A stretch of 64,000 nucleotides of DNA from Candidatus Latescibacterota bacterium (GTDB taxonomy: Bacteria; Latescibacterota; UBA2968; GCA-2709665). The position numbers and the translations under genes were made by a program. The notes below the pieces were generated by a model, which saw only the letters and a program-made list of their open reading frames with translations, did not search any database and had not been told where the DNA came from. This document shows positions 18,466 to 28,184 of the stretch, piece after piece (position 1 is the stretch's first letter; each line of letters starts with the position of its first letter). The DNA lies in the NCBI GenBank assembly GCA_965205485.1, contig OZ242180.1, positions 1,024,001 to 1,088,000 on the forward strand, in the 5' to 3' direction.

Positions 18466-20804
18466 CTCCTCGTTGCGACGCCCTCATCCCCAAGTTCATA
18501 CTCATGGCCCTGAACGACCACCAATGCAAGCCCTCCAGAGCTGCGGCTGCCGTATGCCACGCCGTCCCGACTGCCGACAAGCACCAGGTCGTCCCCGATC
18601 CGGGCCACTTCCGTATTGCCCGACCGCTCGGTCTGTACTCCGGGCCGATCCAGCGATGCGTGTCCCGGACACAGCACGACCCCCAGGTTGCGCCTGTCGA
18701 CCAGGCCGGAGGTGGTAAACCGCAGGTGGTATTGCTGGCCCCACTGCGATTCGTCCCTGCCGGTCCGCATCGGCGGTGGGTCCCATCCCTCGCTCAGGGA
18801 GAAGAACGCGTTGTTGTGGTACATGAAATGCCCTTCGAGGGAACTCCCTTCACGTTCCAGCAGGAAGGTCCTGCTCTCTTCGTCAACCGAAAAACGGTTC
18901 CAGGAGTGGATATTCCACTGCAGCGCCGAATCGATGCCCGGAGCCGCGACAAATTCGTCGATCATCGCGAAACAGCTCTGCGCCTTCAGGAAGAAAACGT
19001 GCCGCCGGCACCGTTCCGCGCGGTCGCTGTAGCTGGCGTCCGCGTTGCCTGCGAAGTAGACGATCCGCTCGTCCTCGTACGCATTTTCGATTTTCCCGAG
19101 GGAATCGTGCGACCGCATGATCTGGGAGGCATCCGAAAGCGTGACGCAGTTGTGCGACTTGGTGTGCCACACCCAGTGCGTGTGATGATCCGAACCGTAC
19201 CCGATGTAGTAGCCGCTGGGCATCGCCATCACCTTGCCGCCTGCGTGCAGAATGAAATCGTTGTTGTTCGCGTGGGAATGGCTGATGGCGCCCAGCGGAG
19301 AAGAACGAAAGATCAGCGCAACGTCCCGTGCGGCATCGTTCAGGTCCGTCCGGACCGCGGCCCATCCTGCGGCAGGGAACACGCGAAATATCGATTCCGT
19401 CGCGCCGGTCTCCGGACGCGCTTTTTCGGGTTGCGCCAGGAAGAGTTGCGACATCACGCCCGAGCTTCGCCGCTCCTCCGGCGTCTGCATCTGCTCTGCC
19501 TCTGCGCGGAAGGCTTCCACGTATTCCGCGAACTCGTCGGTATCCGTCTCGCGCCCGATCAGATCCACCAGGTCCGCGTTGGACCTCCAGGAGCCTGCCC
19601 ACCGCTCGGTATGGTCGCCGAATCCCATCCACTCCGCGTAGGGCGGCAGACAGTATTGGCGCCAACGGGCGTGGTTCTTCCAGAAGGGTCTCCGGTACAG
19701 GTCCACGCCGACACCCCGCTTCATCGCCGAGGCGAACATGGTCATGATCGTGACATATGCCAGACCATAAGAGGGTCCTTCCGCCCATGCCCCGTCGTCG
19801 CCAGACCAGATCGGCCAGATGCCGCACAGCACCGGCCTGAGCCACTCCAGCCACGACTGCGCTTCGGGAATGTGATCGTGAAACACAAGCGCGATGTGCG
19901 CCAGGAACACGATCTCGCGGCCGGCATGCGAGTCGAACCGCGTCACCCCGTACGACCCCCTGTTGTGCATATAGTCGAACGTAATCCGCCCCCGCTGCCG
20001 GAACTGCGCCACGACGGCATCGCGTTCCTCGTCCGTAAAACGGTCCCACACCCAGTCGCACGCGTTCGAGCCGTTCCAGATGACGGACATGTGGGCCTCG
20101 TCGTTGTGTGCGAGGTGACTCGATCCCTCAGGGTCCCAGCGCGATATGGACGCCATCCGTTGGCAGGCGGCGCGGGCGAACCGGTCCTCCCTGCCCACCA
20201 GATACGCCAGCGCCAGGGTCTCCGCGCCCTTGACGAATCGCCGGGACTCCCACATGATCGGCGCCCACGTCTCATGATATTCCTGATAGTTTTCGCTACG
20301 GTCAGGGAGAAAGGGCGGCTCTTCGATCTCGTGCGGTTCGGCCAACACGGCCTCGGCGCTGCTTCGCAAACCCTCCCACGCCTGTGATGCATCGCCGACG
20401 GAGGCGGCCCGAAGCGCCGGCACCTCCTCCGGCGACACATAGATCCGCGGGTGTTCAGAAGGAAACCGCTTCAGCCACTCGCTTGCCGGGGGCACCTCCA
20501 CAACTGTGGCCTCAGGCCGGATCTCAAACGAAAAATCCTCCGACGTCGCACCATGGTCCGCAGACCACCGCCAGAAATACTCCCCGGGCTCAAACGCCCG
20601 TTCAGGCAGGTACACCGGTTCCTGCAGGTCGCCTCTGTCCAGGCAGATGTTCTCAAAACCCGGGTCACGCGCCACCAGCAAGCGATAGCGCGAGGCGGAA
20701 TCCATCGGAAGCCAGGCGAAGACAGGGGGGTTGGTCTGCGGACGGACCCCGTCCCTGGGCTGTCTCGGATCCTTGTGCGGATGCGGATGTCTGTGTTCCT
20801 TCAT
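18462..20804 (-). CDS. DUF4962 + heparinase II/III family protein (oligo-alginate-lyase/PL15-like)
   Basis: TNPPVFAW..PGEYFWRW (DUF4962 N-terminus), HPRIY, DSHAG, DGAWAEGPSY, GFGD, SHSHANNNDF, SGYY..YGSDHH..W..TKSHN. Confidence 0.85.
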   Translation of the reverse strand: MKEHRHPHPHKDPRQPRDGVRPQTNPPVFAWLPMDSASRYRLLVARDPGFENICLDRGDLQEPVYLPERAFEPGEYFWRWSADHGATSEDFSFEIRPEATVVEVPPASEWLKRFPSEHPRIYVSPEEVPALRAASVGDASQAWEGLRSSAEAVLAEPHEIEEPPFLPDRSENYQEYHETWAPIMWESRRFVKGAETLALAYLVGREDRFARAACQRMASISRWDPEGSSHLAHNDEAHMSVIWNGSNACDWVWDRFTDEERDAVVAQFRQRGRITFDYMHNRGSYGVTRFDSHAGREIVFLAHIALVFHDHIPEAQSWLEWLRPVLCGIWPIWSGDDGAWAEGPSYGLAYVTIMTMFASAMKRGVGVDLYRRPFWKNHARWRQYCLPPYAEWMGFGDHTERWAGSWRSNADLVDLIGRETDTDEFAEYVEAFRAEAEQMQTPEERRSSGVMSQLFLAQPEKARPETGATESIFRVFPAAGWAAVRTDLNDAARDVALIFRSSPLGAISHSHANNNDFILHAGGKVMAMPSGYYIGYGSDHHTHWVWHTKSHNCVTLSDASQIMRSHDSLGKIENAYEDERIVYFAGNADASYSDRAERCRRHVFFLKAQSCFAMIDEFVAAPGIDSALQWNIHSWNRFSVDEESRTFLLEREGSSLEGHFMYHNNAFFSLSEGWDPPPMRTGRDESQWGQQYHLRFTTSGLVDRRNLGVVLCPGHASLDRPGVQTERSGNTEVARIGDDLVLVGSRDGVAYGSRSSGGLALVVVQGHEYELGDEGVATRR

Positions 20805-20865
20805 GGCATGACCTCACGATTGTGTCAGTGATGCTGTTTAGAGAACCATGTATTATGTGCCCGCC

Positions 20866-21846
20866 TCAGGCCCGTGCAAGCGACGCAACCCGCTCCGGGT
20901 TGCCGCTTTCGATGCTCCGACCCGCCTGGATCATCATCAGCGTGGCCATCAGCCCGTCCACGTGGTCCGCGGCCATGGGCGCGCCGGTCCTCAGCGCCTC
21001 GACAAACAGCCGGTTCTCCTCGACGAATCCACCCTCTTCGCCGCGGTAGACCGCCGGCTCCTTCCCGGTCTCCGTATACGTCAGCGTGCAGAACCGGTCC
21101 GTAAGCAGCGCGGATCGGTTTTCCGAAAAAATCTCCATGAAGAGCTTGCTTGTCATCGCCGGCTGATTGGCGTCTCCCTGGATCCAGCAGCCTGCCGCGC
21201 CGTTTTCAAACCTGAACGTGGCGGTCAGATTGTCCAGTCTGCCGTTTGGCTGATAGTAGTTCCCGCCCGCCGCGTAGACTTCCTGCGGATCCGAACCTGC
21301 CACGTACCTGAGGAGATCGCACGAGTGGCATCCCTGGCTATACACGTTGCCTCCCCCCAGGACGGGATCGTTGGCCCAGGTATCCCCCCATCGGTTGTCC
21401 ATCATCTGCATCACCACCATCAACGGATCGGGGATCAGTTCGCGGGCTTTCTGTACCATCGGATAGTACCGCATTTTGAAGGCCGTAAAGAGCTGAATCC
21501 CCTCCCGCTCGACCGCGTCCCCGATCCTCCGGCAGTCTTCAACGGTCAGCGCGAGGGGTTTTTCCACGAGAATATGCTTCCCCGCTTCGGCCGCCCGGAT
21601 ACAGTAATCCGCATGGGTGTCGTGGTGTGTGCAGATGTAGACCGTGTCCAGCGAGTGATCCGCGAGGACGCGGCCGGCGTCGTCGGTGGCATAATCGCCT
21701 CCGTAGCGAGTACACAAGTCGCGCGCCTTCTGCTCAACCACGTCGCAGAACGCCGCCATGCGTATGCCGTCCAGCCCCGCCACTGCTTCGCTATGCACGC
21801 CGCCGATCGCTCCGCATCCGATCAGTCCCGCGCGAAGTCCAGACAT
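20866..21846 (-). CDS. Gfo/Idh/MocA family oxidoreductase
   Basis: GLIGCGAIG, YICTHHDTH, HILVEKPLA, GGGNVYSQGCHSCD. Start at ATG 21846 with a GGAGGAG RBS. Confidence 0.9.
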   Translation of the reverse strand: MSGLRAGLIGCGAIGGVHSEAVAGLDGIRMAAFCDVVEQKARDLCTRYGGDYATDDAGRVLADHSLDTVYICTHHDTHADYCIRAAEAGKHILVEKPLALTVEDCRRIGDAVEREGIQLFTAFKMRYYPMVQKARELIPDPLMVVMQMMDNRWGDTWANDPVLGGGNVYSQGCHSCDLLRYVAGSDPQEVYAAGGNYYQPNGRLDNLTATFRFENGAAGCWIQGDANQPAMTSKLFMEIFSENRSALLTDRFCTLTYTETGKEPAVYRGEEGGFVEENRLFVEALRTGAPMAADHVDGLMATLMMIQAGRSIESGNPERVASLARA

Positions 21847-21891
21847 TTTCGTTCTCCTCCCGCCAGAATCGATTCCAAATGGCCCACAGAT

Positions 21892-21925
21892 GCAAGCAGG
21901 GCGCAGCGTACTGCGCCCTGCTTGC
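21892..21925. terminator. Perfect 15-bp hairpin between the GWxTD and Gfo/Idh/MocA genes (terminator, stabiliser or REP-like)
   Basis: GCAAGCAGGGCGCAG-cgta-CTGCGCCCTGCTTGC; no clear U-tract. Confidence 0.5.
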
Positions 21926-21962
21926 GTCCACGCCGCGATGGGCGTTGGCAGCGGCGTGCAAG

Positions 21963-24434
21963 TCAAATCCCGTAGCGGAACTGAATCTCGCGGGTGTCGC
22001 TTTTGCCGCTGACCCGGTCCTTGATCTTCACCTCCAGAACCTGTACGCCCGGTTTCGATTTCTCCAGGTCGATTTCAAAGTACTGTTGTTCTGTAGTCGC
22101 CGTTCCGGAGTGTTCGTACGATACCGACACCTGTGTCTTCCTACGCTTGAAAAGGGAAGTGATGGCGCCCACCACGCCTTCCGACCGCCCCACGACCGTA
22201 CGGACCAGGTATTCCACCTCGTAGTCGGTCTGTCCGAACCGGTTCTTCTTCAGGTTGTAGATCTCGTAATACGCATATACCTTCTGCGCCTCTCTGTAAT
22301 TCCTGGTGGGCATCGGCACGACCCGGATATCGCCCTTTCTGAATTTTCCCGCCGAATTCGCGTCGGAGATTTCCGAAGCCAGAAGGATGTCGCTGATCTT
22401 GAGCTTTTCAACACCGTAATCGGGCACTTCGACCGCCTGCTTGTAGAGTCCGGTATGTCCGGAAGCCAGATCCTTGATCTGGACCTGGAGTTCGTATTTG
22501 CCCGGCGGCACCGGGGTCTTGAGCATTTCCGGAAGAAACGCCCCTCTGACCCTGTCGAAGTCCGCCCGTCCCTCGTAGTGGAACTCCCGGGTATCGCGAT
22601 AGATCGTCGTGTGCGCGGCGTCGGCCAGGGCCATGGCGCACTGCACGCTGACCTGCGCCGAATCCGCCTGCTCGGCAATCCGGACCTGTTCGGGTGGAAT
22701 GCCATAGTAGACTTCAACGTTGGTCTGGCCGTCGGATCCCTGGAAGTTGGCCAGGTCATAATAGAAATTGAGCGCCGGTCCCTGGATTCCCGGCCGGTAG
22801 TAGTCGGGGGTCTCGTGCGCGGCGTTCTGGTAGATGATCTCGGGTGCGTATTTGACCAGGCGGGTAATGTTGACAAGCTGGTTATTCAGAGCGGTCACCG
22901 GGGGAATCGGGGCAAAATTGAACTGCCCGCTCTTGTTTTCGTCGGTAAACACGATCTCGATTCCCCCCTGGATCTGCGTGTAGATCCAGGTCTCCCAGGG
23001 AACGGTGGCCATATCGGTGTGGATCGTTACGGGTATATAGTCCCCGAATTTATTCCGAGCGATCTGATTTCCGAATTCTTCGAACCTGGCGCCGTCCTGG
23101 TCGTCATAGTCGCTTCGCGTGAGCGGCGTTGGCAGTGGGGTTCCGTCCAGGTCGCGTTCCTGGAACTCCTCTTCATCCGCGGCATCGGTGTTGGAAGTAA
23201 ATCCGTCTTCCAGAAAACTGGCGTCGCGCTGATCGGCCGAACCGAATCCGTGGAGTGCGTCCTGGGTACGCTGGGTAATGGGATGACGAAACGCCCGGAT
23301 CGGGAACACCGGTCCTGTAAACGTCATAAAGGAAGCCTCTGCCCCATAGAGACTGGCGGCCATTCGCATGCGGACCGCCTCCACGTCCGGTGTGAGAGTC
23401 AGGTCGCGTTGATAGGACCGCGACCGGTAGTCCGGCTTTCCATAGCGGATATAGACTTCCCCCCGCTTGTCCCAGGGCGAAACCTTATCAGCAAAGAAGG
23501 TACGCGCATACCAGACCCGCCGGTAGTGCTCGACCATACGTTCGTTGACGCGGGTCATCATATCGGGGTCGCGCCGCAGCCAGAACCGCTCCTGGTATGC
23601 CTTCCGCTGAGTCGTGTCCGGCAACGCCTGATATTCCCGAAGTTCCTCTACGGAAGCCACGTACGCAATATCCGTGTACAATTCGCGCTCGCCCGGCCCG
23701 ACAGTGTCCAGGAAGCGTTCGAAATTGTCCAGCGCCTTGTTGTATTCTTCCTCGTAGAAATGGCCCTGCGCTGCGATGGGAAGCAACCGGGTCTCCCCGT
23801 CAAGCGCCGCCATATGTGGAGCAATGTGTTTGGAGATCCTTTCGTAGGTTTCGGCCTGTATACATGCCAGGCCGAAATAGTAAAGGCCGTCCGGATCGTC
23901 CGGCTCCATCCCAAGATAGGTGTCGAAATAGCCAAGGGCCTTCTCGTGGTCCTCCTTGAAACGCTCGTGCGCCTCTCCCAGCGCACGATAGGCATCAGCC
24001 TGTTCGGGATCCAGTTCGATGGCCTTCTTTGCCGCGCCAACCGCCCGGCGGAAGTTGTGAAAGGCGCTTATCCCCTTTGCCGGCATCTCAGCGTACACAA
24101 GTGCCAGGCCGGCGTGCGCCGCTGCATAATCTTCATCCAGTTTCAGCGCCGCCTCGAAGGACTTCGTTGCCGCCTTGAAGTCTTCAGCCTTCAACTGTAC
24201 GCGGCCCAGACGGGTCAGTATATGCGCGTCGTCCGGAAACGCTTCGGCAAGCCGGGAAAATGTGTCCAGGGCCGCGTCGAGTTGGCGGCCGTCCAGCTGC
24301 CGTTCGCCGACGGCTTGAATGGAATCCCGTATCGAAGCCGTCCCCGCTGTCGACGATACGCTCAGTCCCAGCATCATAACGACGATACAGTATCGCTGAA
24401 GGTGGACCGGCTGAAATCGACGTCCGATGTCCAT
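21963..24434 (-). CDS. GWxTD-domain protein with N-terminal TPR repeats
   Basis: Signal peptide and TPR helices. FWLRRDPDMMTRVNERMVEHYRRVWYARTFF...PWDKRGEVYIRYGKPD, WETWIY..IVFTD, and C-terminal Ig-like domains (PGKYELQVQIKD). Confidence 0.85.
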   Translation of the reverse strand: MDIGRRFQPVHLQRYCIVVMMLGLSVSSTAGTASIRDSIQAVGERQLDGRQLDAALDTFSRLAEAFPDDAHILTRLGRVQLKAEDFKAATKSFEAALKLDEDYAAAHAGLALVYAEMPAKGISAFHNFRRAVGAAKKAIELDPEQADAYRALGEAHERFKEDHEKALGYFDTYLGMEPDDPDGLYYFGLACIQAETYERISKHIAPHMAALDGETRLLPIAAQGHFYEEEYNKALDNFERFLDTVGPGERELYTDIAYVASVEELREYQALPDTTQRKAYQERFWLRRDPDMMTRVNERMVEHYRRVWYARTFFADKVSPWDKRGEVYIRYGKPDYRSRSYQRDLTLTPDVEAVRMRMAASLYGAEASFMTFTGPVFPIRAFRHPITQRTQDALHGFGSADQRDASFLEDGFTSNTDAADEEEFQERDLDGTPLPTPLTRSDYDDQDGARFEEFGNQIARNKFGDYIPVTIHTDMATVPWETWIYTQIQGGIEIVFTDENKSGQFNFAPIPPVTALNNQLVNITRLVKYAPEIIYQNAAHETPDYYRPGIQGPALNFYYDLANFQGSDGQTNVEVYYGIPPEQVRIAEQADSAQVSVQCAMALADAAHTTIYRDTREFHYEGRADFDRVRGAFLPEMLKTPVPPGKYELQVQIKDLASGHTGLYKQAVEVPDYGVEKLKISDILLASEISDANSAGKFRKGDIRVVPMPTRNYREAQKVYAYYEIYNLKKNRFGQTDYEVEYLVRTVVGRSEGVVGAITSLFKRRKTQVSVSYEHSGTATTEQQYFEIDLEKSKPGVQVLEVKIKDRVSGKSDTREIQFRYGI

Positions 24435-24450
24435 GGTGTGCCCCCTTGTC

Positions 24451-26181
24451 TCAATCCGCCGCCGGATTGTTTCTCAGCGGCGTTCCGGCAACAACTCCCC
24501 GTCCCTCCCGAACGGTCACGGTCTGCCCGGCAGCAACGTTGCTGATCCGTTCAATCCGGCCCGATGGCCAGGCCACCTCAACCGAATCGACCGTCCCGGC
24601 CCCTGCCAGACCGAATGTCAATGCCTGCTCACTCTGCGAACAATAGCTTGATCCCGACCTCACGTAGCGCGTTTGCACCACGTCCGCCGACCGCACGCGC
24701 ACGGTCGCGCCAATTCCGTCCCGGTTGGACCAGCGCGGCTCTCCGTCCGGCTGGCGGACGTCCTCGCCGGCGGTCGCAATGCCTCCAATCAGTTTCACCC
24801 TCAGACAGCGGTTCCGGTTCCCGCCTTCGTTGCGATAGAGCGCGGGACGACCGTTGTTGGCGGCGACCAGCACGTCCAGGTCGCCGTCGCCGTCATAGTC
24901 CGCGTACGCCGCGCCGCGCCCGACCAGGCGACCGACGAGACCGCTTGCCGCACCCATCTCCTCGAAGCTGCCATCGCCCCGGTTTTTGTAGAGTAACGGG
25001 CGCTGAGCGTAGCTGAGGTGGGATTTGACCCGGCGGATCCGGCTGTCCACGTGTCCGTTTGCCGCGAACAGGTCCAGGTGCCCGTCCAGATCGAAATCGA
25101 AAAAGAAAACTCCGAAGGTGACGAACGGCGCACTCGGGTGCCCCACGCCGGAAGGCAGGGTCCGGTCCGTGAAGTATGCCCCGTCCCGGTTCTCAAACAG
25201 GGAAATCATCTCGTAGGCGAAGTTCCCGATGGCCACGTCCTCCCTGCCGGCGTTGCGGACGTCTCCGGCGCCGACTCCCATCCCCGACTTCGCCTCGCCG
25301 GCGGCGCTGTACGCCACGCCCGCCAAAAGGCCATCCTCGGTAAACGTGCCGTCCCCGTTGTTGCGGAACAGGTAATCCGGCATGGTATCGTTGGACATCA
25401 GGATGTCGGGCCATCCGTCGCCATTGTAATCGAGGGAGACGGCGGACATGCCCTTGCCCGGCTTTCCGCCGATGCCCGACGCTTCCGTAACGTCCGAAAA
25501 CCGGTCTCCGTCATTCCTGTACAGCCGTGAGTAAACCGGATCGTACAGCTGTGGCGCATACGAACGCGCCCCCGAACGCGCTGACAGCCAGTTATCCCGT
25601 TCCGCCGACCATCGCAGGTAGTTGCCCACAAACAGGTCCAGGTCTCCGTCCCGGTCGTAATCCAGCCAGACCGCGCACACGCTCCACGTGGAGTCACCCA
25701 CCCCCGCCTGCGTCGTCACGTCCTCAAACCGTCCGTCGCCCCGATTTCGAAAGAGCCGGTTCGCGCCCAGGCCAGCCACGTACAGGTCGCTGTCCCCGTC
25801 GTTATCGTAGTCTCCGGCCGCGCAGCCCATCCCGAATATGGGCTGATCGAGTCCCGCCTGCTCGGTCACGTCGGAGAAACGACTGTTTCCGTCGTTCCGG
25901 TAGAGCGCCATCGTGGATAGCGGCTCGGGCCCGCGCTCGTGCATCGTAGCGCAACTGATCAGGAGAATATCCGAATCCCCGTCGCCGTCAAAGTCCCAGA
26001 ACGCGCATCCGGACCCCATCGATTCCGGCATCAGCTCGCTGCCGGAGCCCCCGTTGTCGTGCCTGAACCGGATCCCTGCGGAACGGGTTACATCCTTGAA
26101 GATCACTCCCTGCGCAAGGCCGTTTCCCTCCATGCACATTGAGAACGCGAGAACCGCGAATATGGTCCTTGTGCGTTTCAC
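24451..26181 (-). CDS. CRTAC1 family protein (FG-GAP/VCBS propeller + ASPIC/UnbV domain)
   Basis: FKDVTRSAGI, ESMGSGCAFWDFDGDG, repeated DYDNDGDxDL..N.L.RN.G.G.F.DVT, SNRDGIGA..SGSSYCSQS..FGL..VAWPSG. The GTG start overlaps the TPR stop. Confidence 0.9.
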   Translation of the reverse strand: MKRTRTIFAVLAFSMCMEGNGLAQGVIFKDVTRSAGIRFRHDNGGSGSELMPESMGSGCAFWDFDGDGDSDILLISCATMHERGPEPLSTMALYRNDGNSRFSDVTEQAGLDQPIFGMGCAAGDYDNDGDSDLYVAGLGANRLFRNRGDGRFEDVTTQAGVGDSTWSVCAVWLDYDRDGDLDLFVGNYLRWSAERDNWLSARSGARSYAPQLYDPVYSRLYRNDGDRFSDVTEASGIGGKPGKGMSAVSLDYNGDGWPDILMSNDTMPDYLFRNNGDGTFTEDGLLAGVAYSAAGEAKSGMGVGAGDVRNAGREDVAIGNFAYEMISLFENRDGAYFTDRTLPSGVGHPSAPFVTFGVFFFDFDLDGHLDLFAANGHVDSRIRRVKSHLSYAQRPLLYKNRGDGSFEEMGAASGLVGRLVGRGAAYADYDGDGDLDVLVAANNGRPALYRNEGGNRNRCLRVKLIGGIATAGEDVRQPDGEPRWSNRDGIGATVRVRSADVVQTRYVRSGSSYCSQSEQALTFGLAGAGTVDSVEVAWPSGRIERISNVAAGQTVTVREGRGVVAGTPLRNNPAAD

Positions 26182-27308
26182 TCTTTTCGAGACGCTTCCA
26201 GCCGGGCAAGCCTGGTCCTGGCGTCCGCGACCCACGCCTTCTGTGCGGAATCCCGCCGGGCCAGCCTCAGATAAGCCCGCCAGTGATAGATGGCGCGCTC
26301 AACGCCGCCCGTCCGTTCGTGAATGATGCCCAGATTGTAATGTCCGTCGGCAAAATCCGGCGCGAGGCCGACGGCGCGCGTATAGGACTCAATCGCCGCC
26401 GTGTGGTCGCCGAGATTGAAATACGCGTTGGCCAGGCCCGCGTAACGCATCGCGTGCTGGTGTCCGGCCACCGACCGCGTGTACGCACCCTGATTCGCAT
26501 CCACCATCGACACGACCGAATCCGGCGGCGCGCTCTCCGGTTTCAGCCGGATGGCCTCCCTGTACGAGGCCACCGCCTCCCCGTACCGTCCCTGCCGGGA
26601 ATATACATTGCCCAGATTGTAGTGCGCCTCGGCGAGAACCGGCATCAGCCGGATGGCCTCCACCTGCCGGGAAACGGCCCCGTCCAGGTCTCCGCTGAGC
26701 ATATGGACAAGGCCCAGATTCGCCTGCGCCTCGGCGTAGTCCGGCATCAGCGCAACAGCCCGTCGATACGCAATACCCGCATCCTCCACTCTACCGCGGT
26801 CCAGAAACTGGGTGCCCCTCGCAACCTGCTGCGCGGCGGCCTGGCAACGGGAGACCGACCCCAGGAAGAGCGCCTTCATCGGATCGCCGGAAAAGGGCAG
26901 CCCCGCAAGGGCGGCCCGGCGATAGGCTGCCAGCGCGTCCCCGTACCTTCGCTGGCGCGCTTCCATCAGGCCCAGCAGGTAGTGCGCCGCGGCGAAATCC
27001 GGAGCGGCGGCCAGGGCCTCGCGCAGGCGCGCAACCGTGAAACCGATCTCCGACCGGGTGAGGCTCCAGCCCGGCTCACTCCCGGTCCGGTTCCCGGCCA
27101 CGAGTCTGGCGGCTTCCGCGAAATGTGGATATGCGCCGTTCGTACATCCCGCCCCGAATCCCGTCGCCGCCCGAGAGGCCAGACCGGTTGCTTCGTGCAA
27201 ACGGTCGGCCACGCTATCCGCCAGCGCGAGCCCTGCTTCGCTCGCCACCAGAGGTTGCGCCGACGAAACGCAGACCACCAGCATTCCCTGCCGAAGCGCG
27301 CGACGCAC
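26178..27308 (-). CDS. Tetratricopeptide repeat protein (probably exported)
   Basis: Repeats PDFAAAHYLLG, PDYAEAQANLG, AEAHYNLGNVY, PDFADGHYNLG. Start uncertain (GTG 27308; ORF track 27347). Confidence 0.85.
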   Translation of the reverse strand: MRRALRQGMLVVCVSSAQPLVASEAGLALADSVADRLHEATGLASRAATGFGAGCTNGAYPHFAEAARLVAGNRTGSEPGWSLTRSEIGFTVARLREALAAAPDFAAAHYLLGLMEARQRRYGDALAAYRRAALAGLPFSGDPMKALFLGSVSRCQAAAQQVARGTQFLDRGRVEDAGIAYRRAVALMPDYAEAQANLGLVHMLSGDLDGAVSRQVEAIRLMPVLAEAHYNLGNVYSRQGRYGEAVASYREAIRLKPESAPPDSVVSMVDANQGAYTRSVAGHQHAMRYAGLANAYFNLGDHTAAIESYTRAVGLAPDFADGHYNLGIIHERTGGVERAIYHWRAYLRLARRDSAQKAWVADARTRLARLEASRKE

Positions 27309-27324
27309 CGTGCCGGCGCGCAGG

Positions 27325-28182
27325 CTATTGACGTACGTCCCGAGCACAGCGAAATCCGATGAAATTGCCCTTCTGGTCGGGATAGAATCTGAACCGGGCG
27401 GATGTTTTAAGGTAATGGGGAAGATGGTGCCAGGAACTGCCTCTCACAACGCGAAACGTCCCGTCCGCGGGACCAGCTGGATCCTCCCCTGGACTTCGAC
27501 CATAGTAGGTGTCGTCGTACCAGTCGTTGCACCACTCCCACGCGTTGCCCGCCATGTCCAGCAACCCGTAAGGGCTCGCGCCCCTGGGCCTGGAACCCAC
27601 CGGCAGGGTATGACAGAACTCCCCCGGCACGGGGCCGGCGGAAGGATTCGCCCAGTTGGTGCGGCCGCACGTGCCGCCCAGATCCATGATTGCGTAGTCC
27701 GCGCCGGGCGCCTGTTCACCCCACGGGTAGGTCCGTCCGTCTGTTCCGCGCGCCGCCTTTTCCCACTGCGCTTCCGTGGGCAGGCGTCCGCCCCGCCACC
27801 TGCAGTAAGCGTCCGCCTCCGTCCACGTCACGCCCACGACAGGCTGGCGGTCATTCGAAAATAACGGATTTCCGGTCTCAGCCGGCAATGACGCCCCGGT
27901 CGCGCGCGCGTACGCACTGAACTGAGCATTCGTCACTTCGTATTTGTCTATATAAAACGCGCTGAGATAGACGACATGCGCAGGGCCTTCGGGGTCGAAA
28001 CCCTGATTCGTACCCATCAGGAAGTCGCCCGCATTTACGACCAGCATCGTGTCCACGGTACCCGCCGGCGTACGGTCCAGGAAGACCCCTTCAGGCAGTT
28101 CGTCCAGGAGGGACTCTCCGCTGCACCCGGCGCACACCAGGAGACCGTACCGGGCAACTCGCCACCACTTGCGCCGGCACAT
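27325..28182 (-). CDS. FGE-sulfatase (SUMF1-fold) domain lipoprotein
   Basis: Lipobox LLVCAGC. AGDFLMG..EGPAHVVYLSAFYIDKYEVTN, RLPTEAQWEKAARG, YGLLDMAGNAWEWC, IGFRCAR. Confidence 0.85.
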   Translation of the reverse strand: MCRRKWWRVARYGLLVCAGCSGESLLDELPEGVFLDRTPAGTVDTMLVVNAGDFLMGTNQGFDPEGPAHVVYLSAFYIDKYEVTNAQFSAYARATGASLPAETGNPLFSNDRQPVVGVTWTEADAYCRWRGGRLPTEAQWEKAARGTDGRTYPWGEQAPGADYAIMDLGGTCGRTNWANPSAGPVPGEFCHTLPVGSRPRGASPYGLLDMAGNAWEWCNDWYDDTYYGRSPGEDPAGPADGTFRVVRGSSWHHLPHYLKTSARFRFYPDQKGNFIGFRCARDVRQ

Positions 28183-28184
28183 GG

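Noticed and set aside
21627..24545. 972-aa plus-strand ORF and other long ORFs such as 18504-20387, 30043-32010, 32874-34613 and 44209-45657
   Set aside because: They are antisense shadows of well-supported genes in high-GC DNA and contain no recognisable motifs.
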